From an uncultured Gammaproteobacteria bacterium (GTDB lineage: Bacteria; Patescibacteriota; Microgenomatia; CAZETR01; Amesbacteraceae): 62,856 nt of DNA. The notes beneath the pieces were generated by a model. The model saw nothing but the letters and a program-made list of their open reading frames with translations. It was not told the origin of the DNA and ran no database searches. Positions 27,270 to 36,431 of this stretch are shown here, in pieces. Position 1 is the first letter of the stretch. Each line of letters starts with the position of its first letter. The stretch covers positions 1 to 62,856 of the forward strand of contig CAYHGA010000004.1 of assembly GCA_964356225.1 (NCBI GenBank). The letters are read 5' to 3'. A program made the position numbers and the translations under genes.

Positions 27270-27939
27270 GCCGAGAATAATTTTTGAAGATGAGAGTTTG
27301 ATGGTTATTGATAAGCCAGCGGGGTGGGTGGTTAACCGGGCGGAAAGCGTAAAGGAACAAACGATACAGGATTGGTTTGGAATAGGCCAAGGACAAGGAG
27401 AATTTTATGATAAAGGGGGAGTGGTGCACCGGCTGGATAAAGATACCAGCGGGGTGATGGTGCTGGCCAAGACTCCTGAAGCTTACGAAAAATTGAAACA
27501 ACAGTTTCTAGAAAGGAAAACGGTGAAGAAATATGCGGCTTTAGTGCATGGGAAATTTAAAGAGAATGAGGGAATAATAAACACTCCGATAGAAAGAATT
27601 GGCAAGAAATTTTATGTAGGAAAAGATTTAAGTAGAACTGCGGTGACTGAATGGAAAGTTTTACAAGTACTCAGTGCTCAGAAGCAAGCACTCAGTTTTT
27701 TGGAATTGACGCCGCATACGGGGAGGACACACCAATTGCGGGTGCACATGCGGCATTTGGGGCATCCGATCGTGTCTGATCCTATATATGGAGACCGGAA
27801 AACCTGGAGGAAGGATTTGCAACTGTGCCCGCGCCTATTTTTGCACGCTAAATCTTTGGAGATAACTCATCCGCTAACCGGGAAAAGAATGGTTTTTGAA
27901 TCTCAGCTCCCGGAAGAATTGGAAAAAGTGTTACACTAA
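27259..27939 (+). CDS. RluA-family pseudouridine synthase
   Basis: DKPAG, VHRLDKDTSG, TGRTHQLRVH and LFLHA motifs. Confidence 0.93.
   Translation: MRSEPRIIFEDESLMVIDKPAGWVVNRAESVKEQTIQDWFGIGQGQGEFYDKGGVVHRLDKDTSGVMVLAKTPEAYEKLKQQFLERKTVKKYAALVHGKFKENEGIINTPIERIGKKFYVGKDLSRTAVTEWKVLQVLSAQKQALSFLELTPHTGRTHQLRVHMRHLGHPIVSDPIYGDRKTWRKDLQLCPRLFLHAKSLEITHPLTGKRMVFESQLPEELEKVLH
27666..27693 (+). repeat. Heptamer tandem repeat inside the RluA gene
   Basis: agtactc agtgctc agaagca agcactc; same unit as in ychF. Confidence 0.7.
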
Positions 27940-27943
27940 AATC

Positions 27944-29590
27944 ATGAACCAGTGGGTGGTGGCCTTAGCGGGAGTGATGGGGCTGGCGGCAGTTGCGGGG
28001 GTGGTAGCTAAATTGTTGCGCCAGCCGGTAATTTTGGGTTATATCGCGGCGGGGATGGTACTGGCTGCCGTGGGGAGAAATTTAGAGGTAGTTTCGGCGA
28101 TGGGGCAGGTGGGGGTGACACTTTTGCTGTTTTTGGTGGGATTGGAATTGCCTTTAGCAGACCTAAAAAAAACCGGCAAGACCTCGGTAATTACGGGATT
28201 ATGGCAAGTGGCGGTGACCAGTATATTAGGGTATTTTTTAGCCAGGGTTTTGGGGTTCGGAGTGGTGCCGGCAGTATATCTGGGAGTGGCCATGACGTTC
28301 GGGAGTACAGTAATGGCAGTCAAACTACTGTCTGAAAAACGGGATTTACAGAGTTTATACGGCAAAATTGCTACCGGATATCTGCTGGTTCAGGATTTTG
28401 TGGCCATCGGTATACTGACCGTACTTTCGGGATTGGCAGGCGGGACAGCGATCAATTGGCTGAATTTAGGAATAGTAATGGTTAAAGGGGTGGTGATGGT
28501 GGGAGTGGCGATTTGGTTGTCTGACCGGATGCTGCCAAAGATACTGGACTGGCTGGGGAGATCGACGGAAGTATTGTTTGTAGTGAGCGTGGGGTGGTGT
28601 CTGGTAGTAGCGGCGACCGTGAGTTCCAAATGGGTGGGATTTGGACCGGAGATCGGAGGCTTTTTGGCGGGATTGGCCCTGGCCAACGCAGCCCAGAATT
28701 TACAAATAGTGTCCCGGGTGCGGCCCCTGCGGGATTTTTTTCTGACGCTGTTTTTTGTAGGATTAGGAGCCAATATTGGATGGGTAGGTTTGGGCAGAAT
28801 GTGGCTGCCGGCTATAGTTTTGGCCGTGTTTGTGTTGGTAGGGAATCCCTTAATTGTGATGATAATTTTGGGATTCCAGGGTTACAGCCGGCGGATCGCT
28901 TTTCTGGCTAGCACGACAGTGGCCCAAGTATCGGAGTTTTCTTTGATTGTACTGGCGCTGGCAGTGCGGGTAGGACATGTGGATAAAAGTATCTTGGGCC
29001 TGGTGGGGCTAGTGGCCATGATCACCATGACGGGATCGACATACCTGATCCTGCATGCCGAAAAGATATATAAATTGATCGGCAGGTGGCTGGTGATATT
29101 TGAATTTAAGAAAACAAGAACGCAGGTAATGGGTAAAGGGGATTTGACCAACCATATAATTTTGTTTGGCCATAACCGGACGGGGAGAGTGGTGCGGCCG
29201 GTTTTGGAAAAGTTGGGGAGGGAAGTGGTGGTGGTGGATTTTGACCCCCGGATTGTAGAAGAAATAGGCGGGGTGTACGGGGATATCGCCGATTATGAGC
29301 TATATGAGGAGATAAATTTGGATCAGGCAGAAATGATAGTGTCTACGGTCACAGACGTGGAAGATAATTTGCAACTATTGTCGGCATTAAAAAAGAAGAG
29401 GCCGATTACTATAATTTTGGCTGCTGACTCGGCCGATGCGGCCAGGCTGTACAAGGCGGGGGCGGACTTGGTGCTAGTTCCGCACACTATCGGAGGCGAA
29501 TATTTGTCTCATCTCATTTCTTCACATGGGTTGGATAAAAAATATTTACAGGAGAAAGGCCGGGAACTAAAAGAGCGGTTGGTTATTTGA
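27944..29590 (+). CDS. CPA2 cation:proton antiporter with C-terminal TrkA-N (Kef-like)
   Basis: QPVILGYI, LLFLVGLE, LLVQDF, LRDFFLTLFF and QVSEFS motifs; TrkA-N domain. Confidence 0.9.
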   Translation: MNQWVVALAGVMGLAAVAGVVAKLLRQPVILGYIAAGMVLAAVGRNLEVVSAMGQVGVTLLLFLVGLELPLADLKKTGKTSVITGLWQVAVTSILGYFLARVLGFGVVPAVYLGVAMTFGSTVMAVKLLSEKRDLQSLYGKIATGYLLVQDFVAIGILTVLSGLAGGTAINWLNLGIVMVKGVVMVGVAIWLSDRMLPKILDWLGRSTEVLFVVSVGWCLVVAATVSSKWVGFGPEIGGFLAGLALANAAQNLQIVSRVRPLRDFFLTLFFVGLGANIGWVGLGRMWLPAIVLAVFVLVGNPLIVMIILGFQGYSRRIAFLASTTVAQVSEFSLIVLALAVRVGHVDKSILGLVGLVAMITMTGSTYLILHAEKIYKLIGRWLVIFEFKKTRTQVMGKGDLTNHIILFGHNRTGRVVRPVLEKLGREVVVVDFDPRIVEEIGGVYGDIADYELYEEINLDQAEMIVSTVTDVEDNLQLLSALKKKRPITIILAADSADAARLYKAGADLVLVPHTIGGEYLSHLISSHGLDKKYLQEKGRELKERLVI

Positions 29591-29987
29591 TTTTTTTGTC
29601 TAGGTCGGAGAGGGTGGTGAGGATGGTTTCGATGTCCCGGTGGATAGTTTTGGTGGTTTGATATTCTTCTTCGGCACGCAATTCGGCGTGACGGGACTGG
29701 ATATTTTGGCTGACCATAATGAGAGGCATGAGAAAGAGCTGGACGATATTGGTGACAAAGATCAGGAAAACAAAAGGGAAGGGATCTATGGGGTGATCGG
29801 CTATGGCTTGTAAAAGCATCCAGCCGAAAACAAAAATCATAAAAAAGTAGACAGCGTACATGGACCCGATGGCCCGAGTGACGGTGACGGCGACTTTATC
29901 GTGAAGTTTGAGACGGCTTTTGTGCTGGAGATTAACGTCAACGGGGGCGCGGCGGGATTTAAGATATTCGTGTAGATCGTTGGGCAT
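29583..29987 (-). CDS. DUF1003 family membrane protein
   Basis: DPFPFVFL...QLFLMPLIMVSQN. Confidence 0.85.
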   Translation of the reverse strand: MPNDLHEYLKSRRAPVDVNLQHKSRLKLHDKVAVTVTRAIGSMYAVYFFMIFVFGWMLLQAIADHPIDPFPFVFLIFVTNIVQLFLMPLIMVSQNIQSRHAELRAEEEYQTTKTIHRDIETILTTLSDLDKKIK

Positions 29988-30007
29988 AATCTATACTATA
30001 GTAGCTT

Positions 30008-30718
30008 ATGAAATTACTTGCAATATTGGCGATGGTGTTCTCCCTGTTTGGGGGGAGATGGGACGGACAAAGCCGGTTTACGGTGATTTATGTGGATAAG
30101 GAAGTGCGGGTAGCAAGTTTTGACCCGCAGACGGGGGAGGGAATTAAGATAAACTTTCCGCAAAACTGGGTGATTGTGGGATCCGGCGGAAGAGGGGAGT
30201 GGCTGGCTGAGAAGGCGGGAAGAGCAGACCTGGTGGCGGAAAACTTGGGGATTTTGTATACAGCAGAAGCAACCAAGATGAGCTGGGGAGACAGGTTAGT
30301 GTGGTGGTGGTGGGGAAGAAAAATTAAATGGCGGGAGGTGGATGGCGGACAGTGGATGAAAAAGGAACAAACCGTAGATGGGGTAGAGGTTTGGAAATTA
30401 GATGAAAGATGGGATATTACAGCAGGGCAAATGCTGGCCAGCTCGGTGGTGCAAAAAGAACGCCTGGAGGTGACTGTGGTGAATATGACATCTACTCTGG
30501 GGCTAGCGGCCGAGGTAGCTCGAATGCTGGAAAGTTCGGGGTTGAGGGTAGTGGCAACACAAACTGGTGAGGCGGAGATCAAAGGCTGCCAGGTTAGAAG
30601 TAGTAAACAGTCTAAGTCTAAGGTTGGAGTGAGGTTGATGGTGAAGTCGCTGGGATGCAATTGGAGTGAGGCAAAGTTGGGAGAAAACGAAGTGGAGTTA
30701 TTCTTCGGCCAGAGGTGA
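30008..30718 (+). CDS. LytR_C domain protein
   Basis: EVTVVNMTSTLGLAAEVARMLESSGLRVV. Confidence 0.65.
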   Translation: MKLLAILAMVFSLFGGRWDGQSRFTVIYVDKEVRVASFDPQTGEGIKINFPQNWVIVGSGGRGEWLAEKAGRADLVAENLGILYTAEATKMSWGDRLVWWWWGRKIKWREVDGGQWMKKEQTVDGVEVWKLDERWDITAGQMLASSVVQKERLEVTVVNMTSTLGLAAEVARMLESSGLRVVATQTGEAEIKGCQVRSSKQSKSKVGVRLMVKSLGCNWSEAKLGENEVELFFGQR

Positions 30719-31438
30719 GGAGGGCGGTTGGTCTACGAAAGTGTTTTCTTCCTGCTCTTCGGTGGTGGAAATATCCGGTTTTTCATCGTGAATGAGCTCG
30801 GGAGGGGTAAAGGCGGCATAGGAGAGTTTTTCGGTGAGGGGAAAAGAGGGGGTGTGGCGGTATTTAGCGGCGCGGCGGGTTTCCCGGACAAAAATCTTTA
30901 AGGGGTCGATAGAGCAAATATTGGCTGAGTAGGTGTTGCCGGCCTGGATGAGAGTGCGCAGGCGGGAAGCCAAATCATCAGGGAAACGGGCGAGATATTC
31001 TTTGGTGGAGGTGAGAATGACGACGTTGTGCTGACGGACGGCGATGGTGACCGGTTCTCCCGGGTGAAGGCGGGAAACAATTTTGGTGTCTCCGGGACGG
31101 ATGGGCAGGACTGTTTTGGTAACTCCGGGCTCTTCAAGGAACATAGGCAAGGAATGGCTGAAATTGCTGACTGCCTGGTGATTAACACGGGAAGTTTTGA
31201 GTTGGGATAAGTTACGGTGAGCAATGGTATTGAATTTATCCAGGCGGAGGACTTTTTTGTAGGCGTTTTCAGCTTTGGATTTGAGACCGATCTCCATAAA
31301 GGCCCGGCCCAGACGGTTGAGGGCTTCGATATCACGGGCGTCCTGTTTTAATATGGAAAGATTGATTTTTATAGCCTCTTTCCAGTTTCCGGAGAGAGCG
31401 GCGTCGATGGCCTGTTTGGCCAGTTGGGGAGGGTTCAT
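30698..31438 (-). CDS. TPR-containing protein
   Basis: AIDAALSGNWKEA..N...ALNRLGRA..E.G....A...YKKVL.LD.FN.IA; probable start 31438. Confidence 0.8.
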   Translation of the reverse strand: MNPPQLAKQAIDAALSGNWKEAIKINLSILKQDARDIEALNRLGRAFMEIGLKSKAENAYKKVLRLDKFNTIAHRNLSQLKTSRVNHQAVSNFSHSLPMFLEEPGVTKTVLPIRPGDTKIVSRLHPGEPVTIAVRQHNVVILTSTKEYLARFPDDLASRLRTLIQAGNTYSANICSIDPLKIFVRETRRAAKYRHTPSFPLTEKLSYAAFTPPELIHDEKPDISTTEEQEENTFVDQPPSSPLAEE

Positions 31439-31472
31439 CGCAAAAAGTATAAGGGATGATAAAATAAAGTCA

Positions 31473-32129
31473 ATGAGCGGACACAGTAAGTGGGCAACCA
31501 TTCACAGGCAAAAAGGGATAAATGATGCCAAGAAAGGAGCAATTTTTACGAAGCTGGGGAGAGCGATCACAATTGCGGTCAAAGAAGGCCGGGGTTTACA
31601 GCTGGCTTTGGAAAAGGCCAAACAATTTAATATGCCTAAAGAGAATATCCAACGGGCCCTTAATCCAACTCAGGGCGAGTTACATGAAGTAATGTTTGAG
31701 GGATTTGCTCCTGGAGGAGTGGCGGTGATGATATCTGCAGTCACGGACAATAAATTACGGACGGCAGCTGCGGTGCGGGCGTTATTGGGTAAAGCTGAGG
31801 TGAGTTATTTATTTTCCCAAGTGGGCGAGATAATTGCACAACCTCCTAAACCACTGGAAGAGGCGGAGTTGGAAGTGATGGATTTGGGAGTGGAGGATGT
31901 GGAGGCAGAGGAGGGGAAGGTTCTTATTTATTGTGACAAGGATAAAACTTTTGAAATCAAGGGCCAACTGGAACAGATGGGATATGTGGTGGAGGTAGCG
32001 GAGCTGGCCATGAGGCCGATGGCGCAGGTAGTGGTGGAGGATGCGGCAATAAGAACTAGAATAGAAACAATTTTAGAAAAGTTATCTGATCTGGACGACG
32101 TGCAGAAAGTGTGGACGAATTATGCGTAA
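31473..32129 (+). CDS. yebC: YebC/PmpR family protein
   Basis: MSGHSKWATI, NMPKENIQRA, EGFAPGGVA, TDNK.RT and DLDDVQKVWTN motifs. Confidence 0.92.
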   Translation: MSGHSKWATIHRQKGINDAKKGAIFTKLGRAITIAVKEGRGLQLALEKAKQFNMPKENIQRALNPTQGELHEVMFEGFAPGGVAVMISAVTDNKLRTAAAVRALLGKAEVSYLFSQVGEIIAQPPKPLEEAELEVMDLGVEDVEAEEGKVLIYCDKDKTFEIKGQLEQMGYVVEVAELAMRPMAQVVVEDAAIRTRIETILEKLSDLDDVQKVWTNYA

Positions 32130-32895
32130 ACGTCAGAAATTTGTACTGACGGCCCTGACTTTGGCGGCGGGGTTGTGGGGGATTCATGCCCTGCCGGTGG
32201 CCCTGGAGTGGCGGTATTGGCTGATCGCGCTTTTGGTAGGAGTGGCGGCGGTGGGGTCCGGGTGGGCTTTGCGGGAAGGGTTGTCCGGAATAGAATGGCT
32301 GACGGTAGTACTACCGCCGACGCTGTTTACGGCCGGGGTGGGGTTGTTTTATATATTATTGCCGACGCACTGGCTGGCCAGGCTGGCAGTAGTAGTCATG
32401 TTTGGAGTGGGACAATATGCTCTGCTACTGACAGCGAATATTTTTTCGGTGGCGGCCATTAGGACGATCGCGTTATTCCGGGCGGCGGGAGCGGTGGGGT
32501 TTGTAATGACCATGCTGACGGGATTTTTGCTGTACGATGCTATTCTGTCCTTCCGGGAAGCCTGGTGGTGGTCGGCACCACTAATTATGATTGTTTCAAT
32601 GTTGCTGTTGTTGCCGGCCTTGTGGTCGGTGGAGGTGGAAGAGAGATTGAGTTTAAAGGTGATTAAATACACGATTTGGCTGGCGGTTTTGCAAGGGTTG
32701 ATGGCGGTGGCCATTTCTTTTTGGCCGGTGTCATTAATTGTGGCTTCACTTTTTTTGACAACCATGTTATATATTTACTTAGGCATTTCCCAACACCACT
32801 TTTCCCAGAGATTATTTAGCCGGACAGTGTGGGAATATTTAACGGTTGGGATGGTGGTTTTAGCAACAATGTTACTTACAGCCGGATTTGCTTAA
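32122..32895 (+). CDS. Multi-pass membrane protein
   Basis: 257-aa hydrophobic ORF coupled to yebC; LLTANIFSVAAIRTIAL.RAA. Confidence 0.75.
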   Translation: MRKRQKFVLTALTLAAGLWGIHALPVALEWRYWLIALLVGVAAVGSGWALREGLSGIEWLTVVLPPTLFTAGVGLFYILLPTHWLARLAVVVMFGVGQYALLLTANIFSVAAIRTIALFRAAGAVGFVMTMLTGFLLYDAILSFREAWWWSAPLIMIVSMLLLLPALWSVEVEERLSLKVIKYTIWLAVLQGLMAVAISFWPVSLIVASLFLTTMLYIYLGISQHHFSQRLFSRTVWEYLTVGMVVLATMLLTAGFA

Positions 32896-33133
32896 GAATA
32901 TGACTTGGATAGATAAGATTACTGGTCGTAATCCGGACACAGGTAAACTATATTTTCGGAGGGTGAGAGTTCCAAAAGCGCCGGCGGTTCCTGAGCCCCC
33001 GCCAAGTTTTGAGGAGAGTACGACTTTTACTTTAGAGAGACCGCCAGGAGTGGAACCAAAGACTACATGGATAGGAATAGTGGGTGAGAAAATAGACGAA
33101 AAGGAGAGCAAGGGGGAAGGGGAGGCTGAATAG
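32888..33133 (+). CDS. Small hypothetical protein
   Basis: 81-aa ORF overlapping the upstream stop. Confidence 0.4.
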   Translation: MLKNMTWIDKITGRNPDTGKLYFRRVRVPKAPAVPEPPPSFEESTTFTLERPPGVEPKTTWIGIVGEKIDEKESKGEGEAE

Positions 33134-33255
33134 GTTTGTGGACAAGTTTCACGGGGAGGGGGGGGAGTTTTCACAGGGATGATATAGTTTGATACTATAG
33201 GATTATACGTCAGGGTTGGACCCCGGCGGGGATGATTGAGAGAAATGAAGCATTG

Positions 33256-33283
33256 GAGTTGGTAGTTATGAGTTGAAAGTTAG
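33256..33283 (+). repeat. Intergenic heptamer tandem repeat
   Basis: gagttgg tagttat gagttga aagttag. Confidence 0.55.
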
Positions 33284-33319
33284 TAATGGGAGGAGAGGCT
33301 GCCCCCTTTTGGATGGGGG

Positions 33320-33349
33320 TTGACAAAGAAATTGTTCAATCTGTATAAT
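33320..33349 (+). promoter_or_regulatory. sigma70 promoter of the recombinase gene
   Basis: TTGACA-N18-TATAAT. Confidence 0.65.
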
Positions 33350-33434
33350 CGAGGGTAAGAGATATTATGCTCGCTTATTTAAACCAGAGAAGTGACGCTA
33401 GTTTTATCCCTTAAGTTACACTAGACTTTTAATC

Positions 33435-34394
33435 ATGGACCACATCCCTACTTCTCAAAATGCCAGGTTACCCTATTTGGATGATTTCCTGTTGTTTTTG
33501 AAGACCCAAAATTATTCCGAAGAAACTATTGAAAGTTATCAGCGGGACCTGCGGCAACTGGAAAATTTTCTAGTAAGTGAAAATGCCGACTTTAAGGGCT
33601 TATCCAAACAAATGGTTAACCAGTATAAGGCATATTTGGTCAGCCGGGAGCGGAAACAGCCGTTTACGGGGCTTACAGCGCCGCGCAAACTCGAGGCCAG
33701 ATCGTTAAACCGGAACCTGTCTGCGCTGAGAAGTTATTTACGGTATTTGATAGATATGGACCGGGAGGTTCCGGTGGCCCCCGATGTGATTAAGATGGTT
33801 AAAACTGATAAGAAACATCCGCAAGTGGCGGAATTGACGGAACTTATAAAACTCATCGAGTCTCCGGAAAAATTTGAAAAGGAAGAGTTAGTGGGATTGC
33901 GCAACCGGGCCATGTTGGAAGTGTTGTTGGCAACCGGGATGCGCATTTCGGAATTGGTGAGTCTGAACAAATCTCAATTAGACGGGACGGGCCGACTTTT
34001 CATACGTGGAAAAGGAAAAAAGGAACGCTTTGCTTATTTAACGGGCCGGGCTACCCGGCAACTGGAATTGTATTTGGGTAAACGTAAAGATGTGGCCCCG
34101 GCCATGTTTGTGCCCCGGAGAGGCCGGAATGCCGGAAAGTCGGACCGTCGGATTTCCACTAATTACTTACAGGGAAAAATTAAGGAGTATAGGGAAAAAT
34201 TGCGGATTAACGTGCCTACGTCTGCGCATTCATTACGGCATGGATTTGCAACATATCTGGCTGAAAACGGGGCGAATCCGGCGGCCATCCAAGTTCTTTT
34301 AGGCCATGAATCATTAGATACAACTACGCGTTACGTGCACGCCTCCGATAAATTTGCCGAAGAAACGCATCATAAATACCACCCAGTAAAGTGA
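33435..34394 (+). CDS. Tyrosine recombinase, XerC/XerD-like
   Basis: SAM-like N-terminal domain (YSEETIESYQRDL); RNRAMLEVLLATGMRISE, GKGKKER, HSLRHGFAT, LGH and TTRY catalytic set. Confidence 0.93.
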   Translation: MDHIPTSQNARLPYLDDFLLFLKTQNYSEETIESYQRDLRQLENFLVSENADFKGLSKQMVNQYKAYLVSRERKQPFTGLTAPRKLEARSLNRNLSALRSYLRYLIDMDREVPVAPDVIKMVKTDKKHPQVAELTELIKLIESPEKFEKEELVGLRNRAMLEVLLATGMRISELVSLNKSQLDGTGRLFIRGKGKKERFAYLTGRATRQLELYLGKRKDVAPAMFVPRRGRNAGKSDRRISTNYLQGKIKEYREKLRINVPTSAHSLRHGFATYLAENGANPAAIQVLLGHESLDTTTRYVHASDKFAEETHHKYHPVK

Positions 34395-34452
34395 CTCCCC
34401 TCCCCTATCAAATTTTGCGTGAAAACTAAATGGTGGTATACTGTGAGGCTAA

Positions 34453-34809
34453 ATGGCATATTCTGAACACACTGCATGCCGATACTGTTCCTCTACGGAC
34501 TGTCTTATTCAAAAACCACAATCGTCCAATGGTCGCTATACAGTGTTTTGGGAACTCTGCATAAACAGGGCATGTTTTGATGGGTTAAAAGCCGCAAGAG
34601 AGGCAGTCCGTTCCCGACGATTCGAGGACTTATATCTTCCTGACGGAACTACCGTAAAGGCGGCTCGATTTGGAACATCAGACAAGCCAACTCACGAAGG
34701 ATTTCCTGCCCGGTATTGTGATGTTGGGGGAAACATTTATATAGGAGACCTAGAGTGTGTAAGACCGACAGGACAAGTAGTTAGGGCGCTAAAATTTAAG
34801 AAATCGTAA
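34453..34809 (+). CDS. Small Cys-rich hypothetical protein
   Basis: 118 aa; CRYC and CINRAC motifs; TGnTATACT 10 nt upstream of the ATG. Confidence 0.55.
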   Translation: MAYSEHTACRYCSSTDCLIQKPQSSNGRYTVFWELCINRACFDGLKAAREAVRSRRFEDLYLPDGTTVKAARFGTSDKPTHEGFPARYCDVGGNIYIGDLECVRPTGQVVRALKFKKS

Positions 34810-34824
34810 GAAGAAGTGTTTATG

Positions 34825-34841
34825 AGAGGTCCTCTTGCAAA
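34825..34841. repeat. Partial copy of the REP-like palindrome, 3' of the RAYT gene
   Basis: agaggtcctcttgcaaa, identical to 35594..35610. Confidence 0.8.
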
Positions 34842-34866
34842 GGGCGGTACACAGGTCTTTTAACAG

Positions 34867-35559
34867 TTATTCATCATCCATATCGATTGCGGCTTCATAG
34901 ATAAATTGGGCGTCTATGGACATCCCCAGAAAATTAAAGTAAGAATTTTGGGGCTTATTTTTTGAAAAATAGCTAAGAATATAATCCTTTTTTATCCAGT
35001 CTGTATTTCGGTTTCCTAGATATTCAGGAAGAGAAGAAGGGAAGACAGATTCTTTCCAGCGACCCGGTGAAAGATGGAGAGCCTTAGTGGGATTAAGGTG
35101 AATGTAACGAGAGAGATGTAGCAGTTGTTCGTCTGATTCTATTAGAACGGCCTTGTAAACATCTTGGAATAAAACTCCCTTGCGTTTATATTTGCGATTA
35201 AAATACATGGCATATCTCGTACCTAGAGAGTTTGTAAAATTATTTATGACAATACCCTTTTGTCTTATGAGAAGATGGAAATGATTTGGTAATAAAGCAT
35301 AACAAAGTAACTCCAAATCATTGGAATAATTTTTCAATCTTAGCAGTTTGAGGGCTTTATCTTTTGGAGATGACTCATCAGAATTAAGAATTATTTGGAG
35401 TGCTTTTTCATCCTTGGGTGTAAGATAGGTTTGTAAGTAAGAAAGAAACACCGAGTAGTCTTGCTCATCTTGAAAAATTATTCTCTTTTCAACTCCACGG
35501 TTGTAAATATGGTAGTAAGAATTGGGGACGTATATTTTAGTTGAGTTTTTGGAGGCCAT
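34867..35559 (-). mobile_element. REP-associated tyrosine transposase (RAYT / IS200-like Y1 HUH)
   Basis: YYHIYNRG, YALLPNHFHLL (HUH), LFQDVYK and SRYIHLNP (catalytic Tyr); probable ATG at 35559. Confidence 0.88.
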
Positions 35560-35587
35560 TATTAAACGATATATGGTTTGATGTAAC

Positions 35588-35610
35588 TTTGCAAGAGGTC
35601 CTCTTGCAAA
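35588..35610. repeat. REP-like perfect palindrome, 5' of the RAYT gene
   Basis: TTTGCAAGAG-GTC-CTCTTGCAAA (10-bp stem, 3-nt loop). Confidence 0.85.
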
Positions 35611-35630
35611 TGGCGAAGTAGCGAGATCTA

Positions 35631-36275
35631 TTATAAAGTGCCGAGAAAGGTTGTGATTTCGTCGGCGACGGAGGTGGTGAAATGACGGTGGACCTGGGTG
35701 GTGGGAATCCACTTAAGTTGTTTGAAATCTCTACCGGGTTTTTGGACACCGTTAAGTAATTTGCAATGATAATAAAGAGCTACAATTCTGATTTTTTTCT
35801 CCGGAGAATCCGGGATAAGGCGGGCGTGAATCAGTCGGACAGGCTTAATATTCAGTCCTGTTTCCTCTTTTACTGTTTTCACCAAGGTGTTTTCAAAGTC
35901 TAGAGTATCTGCTTTTCCAGAGGGAAACGTCCAATGTAAATCTTCGACGTTTTGATCAGGAGACTTACGTAATCCGATAATTACACTATTTTTTTTGCTA
36001 ACAATTCCTATTACAACCACGATAGTGGGTTTGGATTTGGTTTGGGATAGAAGAGAATAATAAAGTTTAAGAATTTTATTGGCATCAGAATCATCAATTA
36101 TTTCAGTCTCCCCCACTTTTTTGGCTGAAGGTTTTTGAGAATTAATAAAAAATTCGATCATTTCTCGGAGCATTTCCGAGCGAGATCGGTGAAACTTGAG
36201 TTGCAAGTTATTAAGTATCTTTAGAGTTTCGCTTGGCAGAGAAAAGGCTGTAATCTGGCTTTTTCGTTTTGACAT
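35631..36275 (-). CDS. Ribbon-helix-helix + Nudix fusion protein
   Basis: ITAFSLPSETLKILNNL....RSRSEMLREMI (RHH); WTFPSGK...VKEETGL (degenerate Nudix box). Confidence 0.75.
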   Translation of the reverse strand: MSKRKSQITAFSLPSETLKILNNLQLKFHRSRSEMLREMIEFFINSQKPSAKKVGETEIIDDSDANKILKLYYSLLSQTKSKPTIVVVIGIVSKKNSVIIGLRKSPDQNVEDLHWTFPSGKADTLDFENTLVKTVKEETGLNIKPVRLIHARLIPDSPEKKIRIVALYYHCKLLNGVQKPGRDFKQLKWIPTTQVHRHFTTSVADEITTFLGTL

Positions 36276-36283
36276 TTATACAA

Positions 36284-36311
36284 ATTATAACAATTTTATA
36301 ACTTTCGTCAA
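36284..36311 (-). promoter_or_regulatory. sigma70 promoter with GTTATAA direct repeat (possible RHH operator)
   Basis: TTGACG-N16-TATAAT, 8 nt before the ATG; GTTATAA-AATT-GTTATAA overlaps the spacer and -10. Confidence 0.55.
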
Positions 36312-36431
36312 GTTATTGTTGAAAAATTTAGATTTTTTATTTGATAAGCACGAAATTAGGTAAATGAGGCTCTAACTCGGAATTAAATACTATTGACATG
36401 GATTTATATATTCTGCATGCTTTTGTTAGTA

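Noticed and set aside
33137-33175. DnaA-box-like TGTGGACAA, suggesting oriC
   Set aside because: Only one near-consensus box, no dnaA or dnaN nearby and no clear AT-rich unwinding element.
33350-34450. dif site, or integron attI/attC, near the tyrosine recombinase
   Set aside because: No 28-bp dif-like arms or attC-type repeats recognised, and the protein lacks an evident integron-integrase insertion.
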